This document shows, piece after piece, positions 52,339-63,990 of a stretch of DNA of 64,000 nucleotides. The notes under the pieces are model-generated. The model searched no databases. It was given only the letters and a program-made list of their open reading frames with translations, and was not told where the DNA came from. Within the stretch, counting starts at the first letter, position 1. Each line of letters begins with the position of its first letter. The DNA is from Parasitella parasitica NRRL 2501 (Eukaryota; Fungi; Mucoromycota): positions 4,616 through 68,615 of the forward strand of contig MU619360.1 of assembly GCA_025201805.1 (NCBI GenBank), given 5' to 3'. The translations under genes and the position numbers were made by a program.

Positions 52339-53955
52339 TTTTGGGCGGACGGATAGCCTGGATGGAAGGGCGCATTATACTGTCATTTTGCAGTTTCTGG
52401 GAAAAAAAGTTCAAGTAAATGATACATATCACAGTGTTTGTGATAATATGTATTGGGGTTTCTGATAAAAGCTGAGAAGTTTCTGGGAGAAGATCCACAC
52501 CTGTTTTATCGTTTTACTATGTAGAAAGGTATACTTGTGATACCAAAAATACTTACTTTATAGAGCTGTGTCATGCACTAGAATTGATATAGACTTGATA
52601 TCATCTCCAAATAGATATTTTTTACAGCTTGAAAGCATAAAATTTAGCTTTGTGTACCATTTCTTGATTGATTTTCATAATCGAAAGTGTCTTGAAAACA
52701 CCAGAAATAGTATCCATTGGGAAGAAGCTATATTATATATGATTTTGGTGCAATTTGAGCATGATTTTTTTTTCTATCCAAAATGACGGATTTTTTCGAT
52801 TTTTTCCTTGGTATCCACACATCTAAAATCGTCGATTATGCATTATCCTCGATTTTGACCCCAAAAATGCAACTTTTTACTATAGTATATATTAAAAGAA
52901 AATGATCGTGAAAGTCTATTCCTTGATCTCAAAGACTGGAAATGCGCTCTAATTAAGCAAAATGTTGACTTTTCTCTCTTGATCTGTTTTTGAGGTTTTC
53001 TCAACAGAAATAATTGCATAAGCATACCGGAATTATGAAATGATACCATCGTATAGAGCGCCCAAAAATACAGCTATTATCATAGACTGACAGCAGTGGT
53101 ATGCATAGTATCAGAAGATGATACCTTGCCTCAAAGGAGTAATTTTGTTTTCGAAATGTCCAAATTGAGTTTCTGAAAGAATTTCTCCTTCCTGTTTTTG
53201 GACGCGCTTAATCTCCGCTATCAGAGAAAAATGATGTTTTCTCTTTTGAAGAAAGCATCACCTTTGAGAAACCATAGCTTACTCAAATTAAGAGAAAAAC
53301 AATTGAAAAATAGTATATTCAAATTGTGTGCTTCTTGGCTTTCTAATAATAGTGCTTTCATGTCTTTACCTGGCCTGACGATCTCACGCTCCGATTTTGA
53401 AAAATATTTTTCCAAAAAAGTCGTTACCTTCATCTGATGTCAACTTGAAAAGTACAAAAATTTGCTCTAAGCTACGCAAATATGTTATCAAAAGATGTCT
53501 TATAGTCTAATTTATTACTTTTATTTATGTTTGAGATCATTAGATATTGTTTTCTTACAGTTTTTTGTCTTTTTTCTGACAAGACACNNNNNNNNNNNNN
53601 NNNNNNNNNNNNNNNNNNNNNNNNNNNNNNNNNNNNNNNNNNNNNNNNNNNNNNNNNNNNNNNNNNNNNNNNNNNNNNNNNNNNNNNNNNNNNNNNNNNN
53701 NNNNNNNNNNNNNNNNNNNNNNNNNNNNNNNNNNNNNNNNNNNNNNNNNNNNNNNNNNNNNNNNNNNNNNNNNNNNNNNNNNNNNNNNNNNNNNNNNNNN
53801 NNNNNNNNNNNNNNNNNNNNNNNNNNNNNNNNNNNNNNNNNNNNNNNNNNNNNNNNNNNNNNCTCTTCGTTCCTGAATCCAGTTAAAATTTTTTGATCCA
53901 AAGTCAACAGACATACTTACACCCAAAATTACAGATATATGTCAATAGACAACCG
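52339..53955 (-). repeat. right inverted arm (contains N gap 53588-53862)
   Basis: Reverse complement of 48632-50273. Confidence 0.9.
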
Positions 53956-54105
53956 TAACTTTGTTTGAAGAATACCTTGAACTTAAAGACATGATGTATT
54001 TCACAAAACATTCTCTTTGTATTTTCACTATGAATGAAATAAAGGAATTACTCCTTTTCTCTAAATATGAAACTCTCACTTAAAATCTTTTTAGGGAGAC
54101 ATTTC

Positions 54106-54240
54106 TCTTCTCTTAGAAACTTCTTGGCTTTTATCAGAAATAGAAGATTTGTTATCAGAAACCCTACTATATATTATCACGAAAACCGCGACATATATCA
54201 TTTGCTTGAACTTTTTTTCAGAAACCATAAAAAGACTGTA
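54106..54240 (+). repeat. diverged third copy of the arm inner end, ending CTG|TA (TIR-like)
   Basis: Aligns by eye to 50119-50234 (cttctc..agaaacttct..gcttttatcagaaa...tattatcac...tatcattt.cttgaactttttt...gac.gta) with a 21-nt insertion. Confidence 0.7.
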
Positions 54241-54482
54241 TTCAATAAGGGAGACCGAAAGAGACTACCTTTCATTCAGCAATGCAATGTTTGAATAAAG
54301 AGTCTTTGTGGCAGTAATCGTCTCCAATAATCATCTTCAGTGAGCGGTTGATTTGGTGGTTTCAAATATTTGGTAAAAAATTAAAGGCAATATAAATTAT
54401 GACAAAAAAGATGCATAAAGAACAGTTTGTATTCTTTACACCTTTTTTTTTTCTTGAATATTTATTCATTAGAAATAGAGAA

Positions 54483-55925
54483 TTAGTATTCTTCGCCATC
54501 TTCAATTTCGGAATCACCCAAAGAATCAGAACCGACTTCCTCATAATCCTTCTCAAGGGCAGCTAAATCTTCACGAGCCTCGGAGAATTCACCTTCTTCC
54601 ATACCTTCACCGACATACCAATGGACGAAAGCACGCTTGGCATACATCAAATCGAACTTGTGGTCAAGACGAGCCCAAGCCTCAGCGATAGCAGTGGTGT
54701 TAGACAGCATACACAAAGCACGTTGAACGGTAGCAAGATCACCGCCAGGGACAGAAGCAGGGGCACGGCAATTGATACCGACCTTGAAACCAGTAGGGCA
54801 CCAATCAACAAATTGAATGGTACGCTTGGTCTTGATGGTAGAAATGGCGGCATTTGTGTCCTTGGGGACAACATCACCACGATACAACAAACAACAAGAC
54901 ATGTACTTGCCAAGGCGGGGATCACACTTGACCATTTGGTTATTAGGTTCGAAACAGGCGTTGGTGATTTCTTGAACAGAGAGTTGTTCATGGGTAGCCT
55001 TTGCCTTGGAGATGATGGGGGCATAAGTGACCAAGGGGAAATGAATACGGGGGTAAGGAACCAAGTTGGTTTGGAATTCGTTCAAATCAACGTTGAGAGA
55101 ACCATCGAAACGCAGGGAAGCGGTGATGGAGGAGACAACTTGAGCAATCAAACGGTTAAGGTTGGTATAAGAAGGACGCTCAATGTCCAAGTTGCGACGA
55201 CAGATATCGTAGATAGCTTCGTTATCAACCATGAAAGAGACATCAGAGTGTTCCAAAGTGGTATGAGTAGTCAAAATAGAGTTGTAGGGCTCAACAACAG
55301 AGGTAGCGACTTGGGGAGCAGGGTAGACAGAGAACTCGAGCTTGGACTTCTTACCGTAGTCGACAGAAAGGCGCTCCATCAAGAGGGCACCGAAACCAGA
55401 ACCGGTACCACCACCAAACGAGTGGAAGACCAAAAAACCTTGAAGACCAGTACAGTTGTCGGCCAACTTGCGGATACGGTCTAAGACAGAGTCAACGAGC
55501 TCCTTACCGACGGTATAATGACCACGAGCATAGTTGTTGGCAGCATCTTCCTTGCCAGTGATTAATTGCTCTATATTGCGGGTCAAGGAGTCAGCACATG
55601 TATGCGCATGCGAAATGCTACATTCTTATTTGTTTGTTTTAAAACAAACAAACATAAACTTACCAGGATGGAATAATTGGCGATAGGCGCCAGTGCGAAC
55701 TTCATCAACAACAGTGGGCTCCAAATCAACCATGACGGTACGAGGCACATGCTTACCAGAGCTTGTTTCACTGAAGAAGGTATCGAAAGAGTTATCGCCA
55801 GTGTTTGCCTCATCGGGAATATGGCCATCGGGTTGAATACCGTGTTCAAGACAGTAAAGTTCCCAACAGGCGTTACCAATTTGGACACCAGCTTGACCGA
55901 CGTGGATAGAAATAACTTCTCTCAT
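54483..55925 (-). CDS. alpha-tubulin
   Basis: [25 protein letters not shown]; GGGTGSG; C-terminal GEEY. One intron at ~55572-55663. Confidence 0.98.
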
Positions 55926-56090
55926 TTTGATAATAGAATAGGGTGTTTAGAAAGTTGATTTATTCAAGAGTTAAGGGAGAATAAACAACAGTTGTTTGGA
56001 TAAAAAAGAAAAAAGAAGGGGACGAGGTGAGGAATCATGGTTTTTTATACTACACAGTTTAATACAACGCGCCAATCATTGCAATGGGAA

Positions 56091-57765
56091 TCAATGAATA
56101 GCTGCTGCTAGATATTCATTCTCTTTAGATAGCAAGTTTAGCTCTGCCTTTAATGCAAGAGCAGGACCGTCCAGCTGATGCAGACCAATGACGGAAGCTT
56201 GTTTATCTTCTGTATAATCCCTGCATTGAATCCAGCTCTGCTGTGGTGTTTCCATGTAAAATGAAATCTGTTGAGCTGATGCAACATTAATTTCCAACCT
56301 TGCCCAGCCAGGTCGGCTACTTAATGGCGATAGCTTTATAGATTGAACAAACTCTTGAGGAAACTCCATTTTGAACTTGGAAATACCATCCTGGATGCAC
56401 CAGCTAAAGAGCTTGGTTTCTTTGTCAAATTGGCAAGATAGATCGTTGGGTTCAAATGCCATTCGTTTCCAAGTTCCAATCTGCAGTGCTTCGGCAGAGA
56501 TGCATTGTATATTAGAGGCGCTACTTGCGGTGGGGATATCAAAAGTGTTGCTGTTGTTATTAGTTGAGAGAATAGATGGCATAGTAGGCGTCATCATAAG
56601 AGAAGGGTCTTCATCTAGCATATGTATGTGTGAGTTGTGTGTTTATATTACAGTTAATTAACAACTTAAGCTTACAGAAAGGCAAGTCTGTCCACGCTAA
56701 TTGCTGCTGCTGCTGGTCGTAAAGTGATAAATCTTGAACAGTCAGATTTGCAAATTGCTCATGTTGAGCTGGAGATAATGAGCTTGCGTTATTCATCATG
56801 GTTGTATAGTCGATATTTTCTATTACGTTACTAGTGTTTACATTAAATGGTATCATGGGGTTCTTATTAGATAGCTCGGCTGATGAACCGCGAAACTGTT
56901 TGTATGGTTGATGATAGAAGGTAGAGGTGTATGGACCGATAGTATGGGCTCTTGCTCTTTGCGGGTGCATTTCTCTCCTTGGCCATTGGCTGTACGGATC
57001 AGAATTCAATGTGCCAGAAGGGCTAATGGACCCACCGTTCTCATCCAGTATGCCATAAGCGGAAGCAACAGAATGAGGCGGAGGCGGTGGAGGAGGAGGC
57101 ATAGATTTTAAAGAGATAGGAGGGGGCGGCACTGAAGAAGATGAGGTGGAAGAGGAGGAGGAAGCATAGCGCTGATGTTGACGTTGCTGTTGTGCATATG
57201 GGTGATGCATGGTATGCTTTTGGCGTTGTTGCAGCTGCTGCTGCTGGTTATAATAATAGTAGTAATAGTAATAATACAAATCAGGGTTACTCTTAATGGG
57301 ATCTTCCATGACTTGGCTGACATCTCCGCCCTCTTTCTGCCTCTGATGGTACACAGCAGCCTGACAGGCAGCTGCAGCCGCCGAAGAAGCATAGTACTGC
57401 ATTCTCAGTGTCTCATCGTGCAACATGCTTGACTTTTTCGCTACATTTTTGACTTTGGCTCTTCTGTTTTGGAACCAAATTTGAATGGATCTTTCAGTCA
57501 TGCCAAGCTCGCGAGATAATTGCTCTCTGACACGGTTATTTGGACTGGGATGTACATTAAATGTCTTTTCTAAAACAGCAAGTTGTTCAGGTGTAGCACG
57601 GGTTCGTTTACGCGGCGCATTGTTAGAATTCGTACTTGAAGCTTTATCTTTGGCTGTCGTATTTTGTTGTGATGGTGGCAGTGGCGGTGGTGGCAAAGGC
57701 ATCGTTGCGTATTGCTGCTGTAATGAATGTATTGACGCGGGTGAAGATGAGGTGGGGTTATCCAT
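56091..57765 (-). CDS. homeodomain transcription factor, PHO2-like
   Basis: PRKRTRATPEQLAVLEKTF...IQIWFQNRRAKVK. The second exon carries LQIGTWKR...W...FKMEF...WIQCRDYTEDKQAS...H.L.GP. In-frame intron at 56675-56615. Confidence 0.88.
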
Positions 57766-58651
57766 TACTATGGAGAGATACGAAAAGAAAAAAAAAGGGG
57801 GGGGGGGAGAGAAACAGTGGAAAGAAAGAGAGCCAACAAAGATTTAATAAAGAACTTTTAGTACAAAGTTTTATTGTGTGCTTTTGAAATATCCATCTCA
57901 TAAACCTTGCGTACTTGATTTTTAATTGACAGGCTACCGAATTTGAGTTTTATTCCGCACTCTTTTGTAACAAAGGAAAGTTACAACCGCTGTGATAATA
58001 GCACAATACCACGCTATTTAATATATTGGCAATTCTAGAACGTTATAACTATCAGTGATTTCAATTGGCATGGTTTTATACATGTGCCTTAACACATTTG
58101 ACAACATTTTAGGATTGAGCATATCGGAGGTTTAATGTATTGTGGTAAAACCTAGTAGGCCTGGCTTTTTGCCTTCAAATTTTTGTTACACGTATTGTAA
58201 ACCAAGCTTAACGGGTACACGTGCTATACTTGATATATACAAGCACCTTTTTTTTTGTAATAAATCTTTTATTACAATCAAGATATGAGAATGGCCTGAT
58301 ATTTGTCTCGACCTGTTAAATTGAATTATTAGAGAACTTCCACATTACATGTTTTGAGAAATCCCCAATTATTAATAAACACAAGAAATATATTTTAATA
58401 GAACACAAATTTAATTTCATATAATATATTCAAGGAGAAGGAATAGATTAAAAAAAAAAAATTGAGCAAGAACATAGAAAAACACATGAGTCGTTCTTTT
58501 CGTTGGAAACTTGTGTCTTATACATCACCATAAACCAGCTGCTGCTACCATGGTTTATGTTGAGAAAGTTTAGGGGAGAGGAGGGGAGAGGAGGGGTATC
58601 AAGTCAGCTCTAGTATAAGACATTACAATTATTATATTGCGGATCAATTTT

Positions 58652-60460
58652 TTAAGCTGCGTAATCAGGTGGGGGGATCGACGGTATACGATCCAAGAGA
58701 GGCATGGCCGGTGCTGATTCAGTTGGTAAATACAAGGCTTGAGATGCTAATTCCATCTCCCTACAAAAGGCATGATAGCAAGCGCACAAATAAGGATGAG
58801 GTTGGTTAGGCTTGTCCATAGTCGTCATTGTCGATTGAGCTTTGTATTTTGATTTTTTACCACTCGGGTTGTTGATAGCTAGAGATGGCTTTACCCCTAA
58901 TTCATGATAGGAGGGTAATCTACCGTAATCTTCTTTTAATCTGCAATCAAACACTGTAATAGGTGAATCCAATGTAATCGTCTCTCTGTTCCTGCCATCT
59001 TGAATATCTTGATGTGCCTTGGCCTTGTTCAGTCTAGATAGGACATTGGACCAACTTGCGCTATTCTGCTGCTGTGATTGTGGAGAATTGGTCGCAGTCA
59101 ATGGTGGTGTGCTCGGTAAACTGGAGCTATTACTGTTATTGTTGGCACTAGTGGTCGTCGGTGGTCTGCTCGATTGTGGAAGCGGTATTGAGGCGCCGAC
59201 GCCTCGGGAGCTGTTGTGATGGTGATTATTTGCAAAATGAGCTGCTGGCGGTGGAGTAAGGGTACCCGTGGCTACTGCAGGTTCGGGTACTGCCATAGGC
59301 TCTTCAAAGCTAACTTGGCTGCTGCTTCTACTGAGAAATTGTCGATTCCCGTCGATATCCAAGTAGGACAATGTCAAATTGATCTCTAGATGATGTTTGA
59401 ATTGAATTTCTTTAACGTAGGTAGTATGCCGGATATTCTGCTGACACGTAGGTGCATGAAATGCTAAACGATGGGCAAAATCATGGACTAATTCAATGCC
59501 GTTTTGGTTCTTGTCAAATATGGGTGCCAGCTGCTTTGTTGTAACGTCAATCTCGCCAAACTCTGCTAACCTGACTGAGCCTGCGAACGGCATAGGAAAT
59601 GTGATGGCATCGTTTCTCCATGCTCTCATTTCGGGTACACTATAACGTCGTGTTTCCGTCACATTGACTTCCATGTGCTCAATACGACTGTGTTTAAGAT
59701 GTGGTTCGATAATCATGCGAATATAAAACAGATCGCCTGAAGAAAACGCTGCTGCTTCAATCAGGACTTCGATGTCGCCAAACACCATGTGTTTTTCAAA
59801 TGTTCTCGACAAATTCGCTAACGAATTGTTTGTAAGGAGCGAGTTTGACATATAGGTTCGCAATATCATAACAGGTTTCGTAATGTGCCAACTATTAAGC
59901 ATGACAATTCCAGGCCTTTGTACTTGAGCCTCTACGACATGACGGACTCGACCAAACGTATCTTCGATTGTTGCCACAGTGGACTAATAAAAACAGGTTA
60001 GTTTGTGTACGTTAAGTAAGGAGTATGCAATACATTGAGCATTTACATTTGGTACAACGAAGGCAAATGAGAAACGGTGGGTTCCGGCCGGTAAAACAAA
60101 GGCTGGTGCATTCTTATCAATGTTGGGTGCCAAAATCTCGAGTGTTTGCTCTCCAAGAGACTTTTCTGCTGTCAACTTTGTTCCGCGTGCTCCAATGCCT
60201 TTTTTATGTATAGTAAAAACAAAAATTATGATTTGACCCTTTCACTTTTATGTAAAATTTAACAGACCTTCAGGCCAATAGGTAGTGGAGTGGCTTTTCA
60301 AAGTAACTAGAACATTAGAAATCTTGGTTGCTTTGGACAAATTCAAAACCACATTGCCAGCAAATAATGTGGATGCATCTTCCGTTGGTAATCCCCTCAA
60401 TATAATCGGCTTAAAGGGATCGAATGTCAGTTGCCCATGAGACAGAAGCCCTAATTGCAT
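58652..60460 (-). CDS. arrestin-related trafficking adaptor with C-terminal PY motifs
   Basis: FAGNVVLNLSK...YWPEG; VLPAGTHRFSFAFVVP; TIEDTFGRVRH; LPSY and PPDY Rsp5-binding motifs. Confidence 0.85.
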
Positions 60461-62329
60461 CTTTCTTTGCGGTTGATGTTGTTGTTGGCTTGATATGTGT
60501 GTATCCAGAAGAAAGGAAAGGAAAGGAAAAAATAAGGATAGGGTCCAAAACGAAAATATTTTTTCATCAGGGAAACGAAATATGGTACAACCACAAGGCG
60601 GGATAAATCATAACCAACGAGAAACAGCAATTGAATGTCGGTACCCTAATACATCGATACTATAGATGTTGCGTCTCTTTGTTGAAATGTCATCGTCTTT
60701 GTCGAGAGAAAGGGCCCGTTTACACCCAAGCTGTCAAACTCATATATTTGTTACACCAGAAATATAAATACACTTGAATGTTGAACTTGCAAAAAGAATT
60801 TAGGCTTCAGAGGAATGAATGCAGACAATTTTGCAAATTCATTTCAATTGCAAAAAGGCATGCAAGACAAGAAAAACTACAAACTACAGACTCTGCGGAT
60901 ACTATCATACCACTGTACTCTTTCTTGAACTTTTTATTTGCTGGATTCTTCAGACACAAATTTGAAATGATATCAATAAATAGTGCTAGCACTCTCTGCT
61001 TTTGTTTATATGCTGATTTATGATCGATATACGCATTTTTATTGTTTTCTTTTGATAGAATTCGATGCATGTTTGAAAATGTGAGTGAGTATCAATAAGA
61101 AATGTATGTGAAAAACTCTGATCTATCATCGACGATAGCCGTGGAAAAATTTCCCAACATCAGAAAAACCAGTTTCTTGATCAAAAAGTTAGTTATTTGA
61201 GGTATTAACAGAAGCATATGAGCTGATCAAGAGTGGCCCTTATCCTATTCTATCAAGGTTGTACAAGAAAAATAAAGACAACAACATTCATCGCCTTTTG
61301 GATTAACTCTTGTTTTGATGGAATGATGTTTCATATCTCGCGCTTCAAGAAGGCTGTCTCAATTAACACAATACTAAATTAGATCCTATTTAGCCTATGA
61401 AGAAAGTCCCTTTCGTCGTTCATATAAAACTTTGTTAATGTGTTGTGGTATATTGGCATTTCACTCAATTATAAACTTTCCATGTAATTAGTAGAATGTT
61501 TTCTCGCTGTGGTAAAGATGAAGATAAATGGTTCAAACTAGCTATATGTTATATCTGTAGTATTAATCAACTAGACAACTTTGTGTTTTGTAGTCTTTCT
61601 CGTCTAAAAGCAGCAATAGTAAGTTTATTCTGGAAACAAATACCGTTTGCTGTTCAAATAGGGTACATCATGAATATTCATGCGTTATTCTGCTTGAAAC
61701 ACAGGATCTGGATTCCCAATTTGAAAGACTCACTTTGTATTTTTTACTTTTGGTTCTTTACTTTCAAGTAAAAAACAATATCCAGTTTTATTTATGTAGA
61801 TAAAAATATAAAAAACACAACCCTTGTTCTTTGTTTCAAGCAAATAGTTTTTGAAGCAACTAATTACTGCCTATCAAACCATCCATCTTTTTACGTTTTG
61901 CAACTAGCCCATCTAATTTCAACCGGATGGCCAATATATCATTATCAATTTCTTGTCTTGCCCGTTTTAAATGAGCCATCCATGGCCTTTCCCTACATAA
62001 TTAAGAACATGTAAGCCTAAATCATTAAAAAATACATAATTACTTAACAAATCATTCCGTGGTTGCTCTTGAGTAGATGGTGGCTGCTCTTGGGTGAATG
62101 ATGGCTGCACTGGCTTACAGCAACAAAATGAAGAGCCACCCAAGATATTTTGTAGCCCCTTAAAGCACTATGAAAATGACAAAAAGTGAGATTATATTTC
62201 TTTATCCTTTATATGATTTATACGTTACATAAGTTACCGGCTTGCCATTACACATGGTAGGTCATACAGTAATTTTTTCAAGAGTACGACAGATTGTGCG
62301 TTTTTGCACAGCATATAATAAGAAAAAGC

Positions 62330-62990
62330 TTGCAGCTTTTGCCTCATTTTCGGAGTGTACAAAACAGAAGTTTGTACGGTACTGTAACTCGCGTCAAGCC
62401 TGTCGAAGAGCGAAGAAACTTAGCTGCCACAATCGAGGTAAGATTTAAGTATGTCAACAAATTGTTGACAAAAGGCATTGTATCTTTGTCGATGAAGCTG
62501 GTTTTGATGCCAATTTGGTTCGTGGGGTTGGATACTCTAAGAAAAGGAGCCAGAGCGTTGTGTTCACGCAATCCAAGAGGGCTGTCAACGTCTCCATTCT
62601 TGCAGTCATTTCATATCATGGCGTTGAAGATGTCTCTTTCAAGAAGGTCCAAGGAGGCACAACTGGCGAGATCTTCAAGGAGCTTATCCAAGGCATTATG
62701 AAGAAATTGGATGACACTGGGCTGGTTCATACCATTTTGTCATGGATAATGCCTCCATCCACGAGGGGACATGGTGAAAGAGTTGTTCAAGAACTCTCAG
62801 CACCAAATATGCCTTTGCCTCCGTAATCTCCCTTCCTCAATCCGATTGAGGGATGCTTCTCAAAGCTAAAGACCTTAGTCAGAAGAAATCCTGGTATGAG
62901 AGGTACTCATGTTTTGGTTGAACACATATGGAAGAGTACTTACGAAGTATCTGCTGAAAATTGCCAAGGATGGGTCCCAGTGCACTGAAA
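62330..62990 (+). mobile_element. Tc1/mariner-IS630-type DDE transposase pseudogene
   Basis: CIFVDEAGFDANLVRGVGYS...NVSILAVISYHGV...GGTTGEIF...MDNASIH (frameshifted)...LPP*SPFLNPIEGCFSKLK. Full DDE triad context, with stops. Confidence 0.85.
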
Positions 62991-63328
62991 AAAAAAACGA
63001 GATTTATTATTGACGAAATCAAGTTTGAAAACTGACCAAAATCTGGTACCAGAAGGTTTCACAACACGAAGGGGTGGGTTTCTTGTGCACTTTCGTAAAA
63101 TGTAGAAAATTTTACTTTCTTGCAATACTATAAAGATGGGCCCAGTAATAAGAACTGACAACCAGGTTTATGACAAGAATTGCACATTTTGCAATGAATA
63201 AAGAAAAAAACGCGGTTTGCAAAAAAATAAAATAACTTACATCTTTTATTTTTTTTTTTAAAAAAAAAGATACTTTTCATGCAAAAAAAAAAAGAACGAT
63301 ACTTTTCTCTTTCTTTTTGATTAATTAA

Positions 63329-63406
63329 TTCCTTACTCTTGGGAACTACTTTATTTCCTTTCTTTTGGGAGCTATTTTATTTCCTTCTCCTTGGGAGCTA
63401 CTCTTT
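63329..63406 (+). repeat. three imperfect 26-bp tandem repeats
   Basis: TTCCTT-N4-TTGGGARCTAYT... units starting at 63329, 63355 and 63381. Confidence 0.8.
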
Positions 63407-63877
63407 ATTAAAAATGAAAATAAAAAATTAGCTTTTTAAGTGTTAATGATGCGTGCTGGAACAGATGTTTGTATGCTTTGTTGTGAGGGTGCGGTAACGG
63501 AGTGTAAATTTACCTGTACTTTCAGCAGTGTATGCTTATTCAACTATTCAACAATCCCTTCACGGCAAGTAGCTATCAAAACCAATACCACTTTTATGGT
63601 GCAAGGAAAAAGGATAAATCAAAATGAAATAAACAAACTAAAAAGATTTATTTGTAATGTATTGAATATTTGTATGTACAGTTGACGAAACTAAGTTGGG
63701 CCAATGAAAATAGATTTTGGTCATTTCCAAATTGAGTTGGGACACGATTACAAAAATGGGTCACGAATACGAAAATGGGACAACAAGATGAAAATGGGAT
63801 ATGAGTACGAACATGGAGACAATGTTAGTATCTTTCAGAAGAATCAGAATTATTACAGCTTCTTACCTGCAATATCT

Positions 63878-63990
63878 TTAAGTTGCTGACTCACCGGAGT
63901 GAGCAGCAACAACCACATTGGAGGTGGCGGTATGTCTTTTGAAGACCTGGGGGCGGCCATTTCCACACCAAATTGATGTGGCAATGGTGA
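63878..63990 (-). ncRNA. candidate Fanzor omegaRNA scaffold overlapping the ORF 3' end
   Basis: Three stems on the minus strand: 63957-63987 (CCAUU-G-CCACAUCA/UGGUGUGG-A-AAUGG), 63912-63928 (GCCAC/GUGGU) and 63882-63910 (GUUGCUG-CUCAC-uccg-GUGAG-U-CAGCAAC), immediately followed by UUAA. Confidence 0.5.

Larger units (their letters stand above)
48632..53955. mobile_element. 5.3-kb foldback/TIR element with ~1.6-kb inverted arms, TA-flanked, non-autonomous
   Basis: Termini TA|CGGTTGTCTATTGACA ... TGTCAATAGACAACCG|TA. Identical ORF-track peptides appear mirrored on opposite strands (49175/53198, 49563/52843, 49826/52568). Confidence 0.85.

Noticed and set aside
53495-53926. ORFs rich in X
   Set aside because: Artefacts of the N gap.
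54621-55484. 287-aa plus-strand ORF
   Set aside because: Antisense shadow of alpha-tubulin.
60700-61500. Possibly decayed coding sequence
   Set aside because: No motif recognised; cannot be supported.
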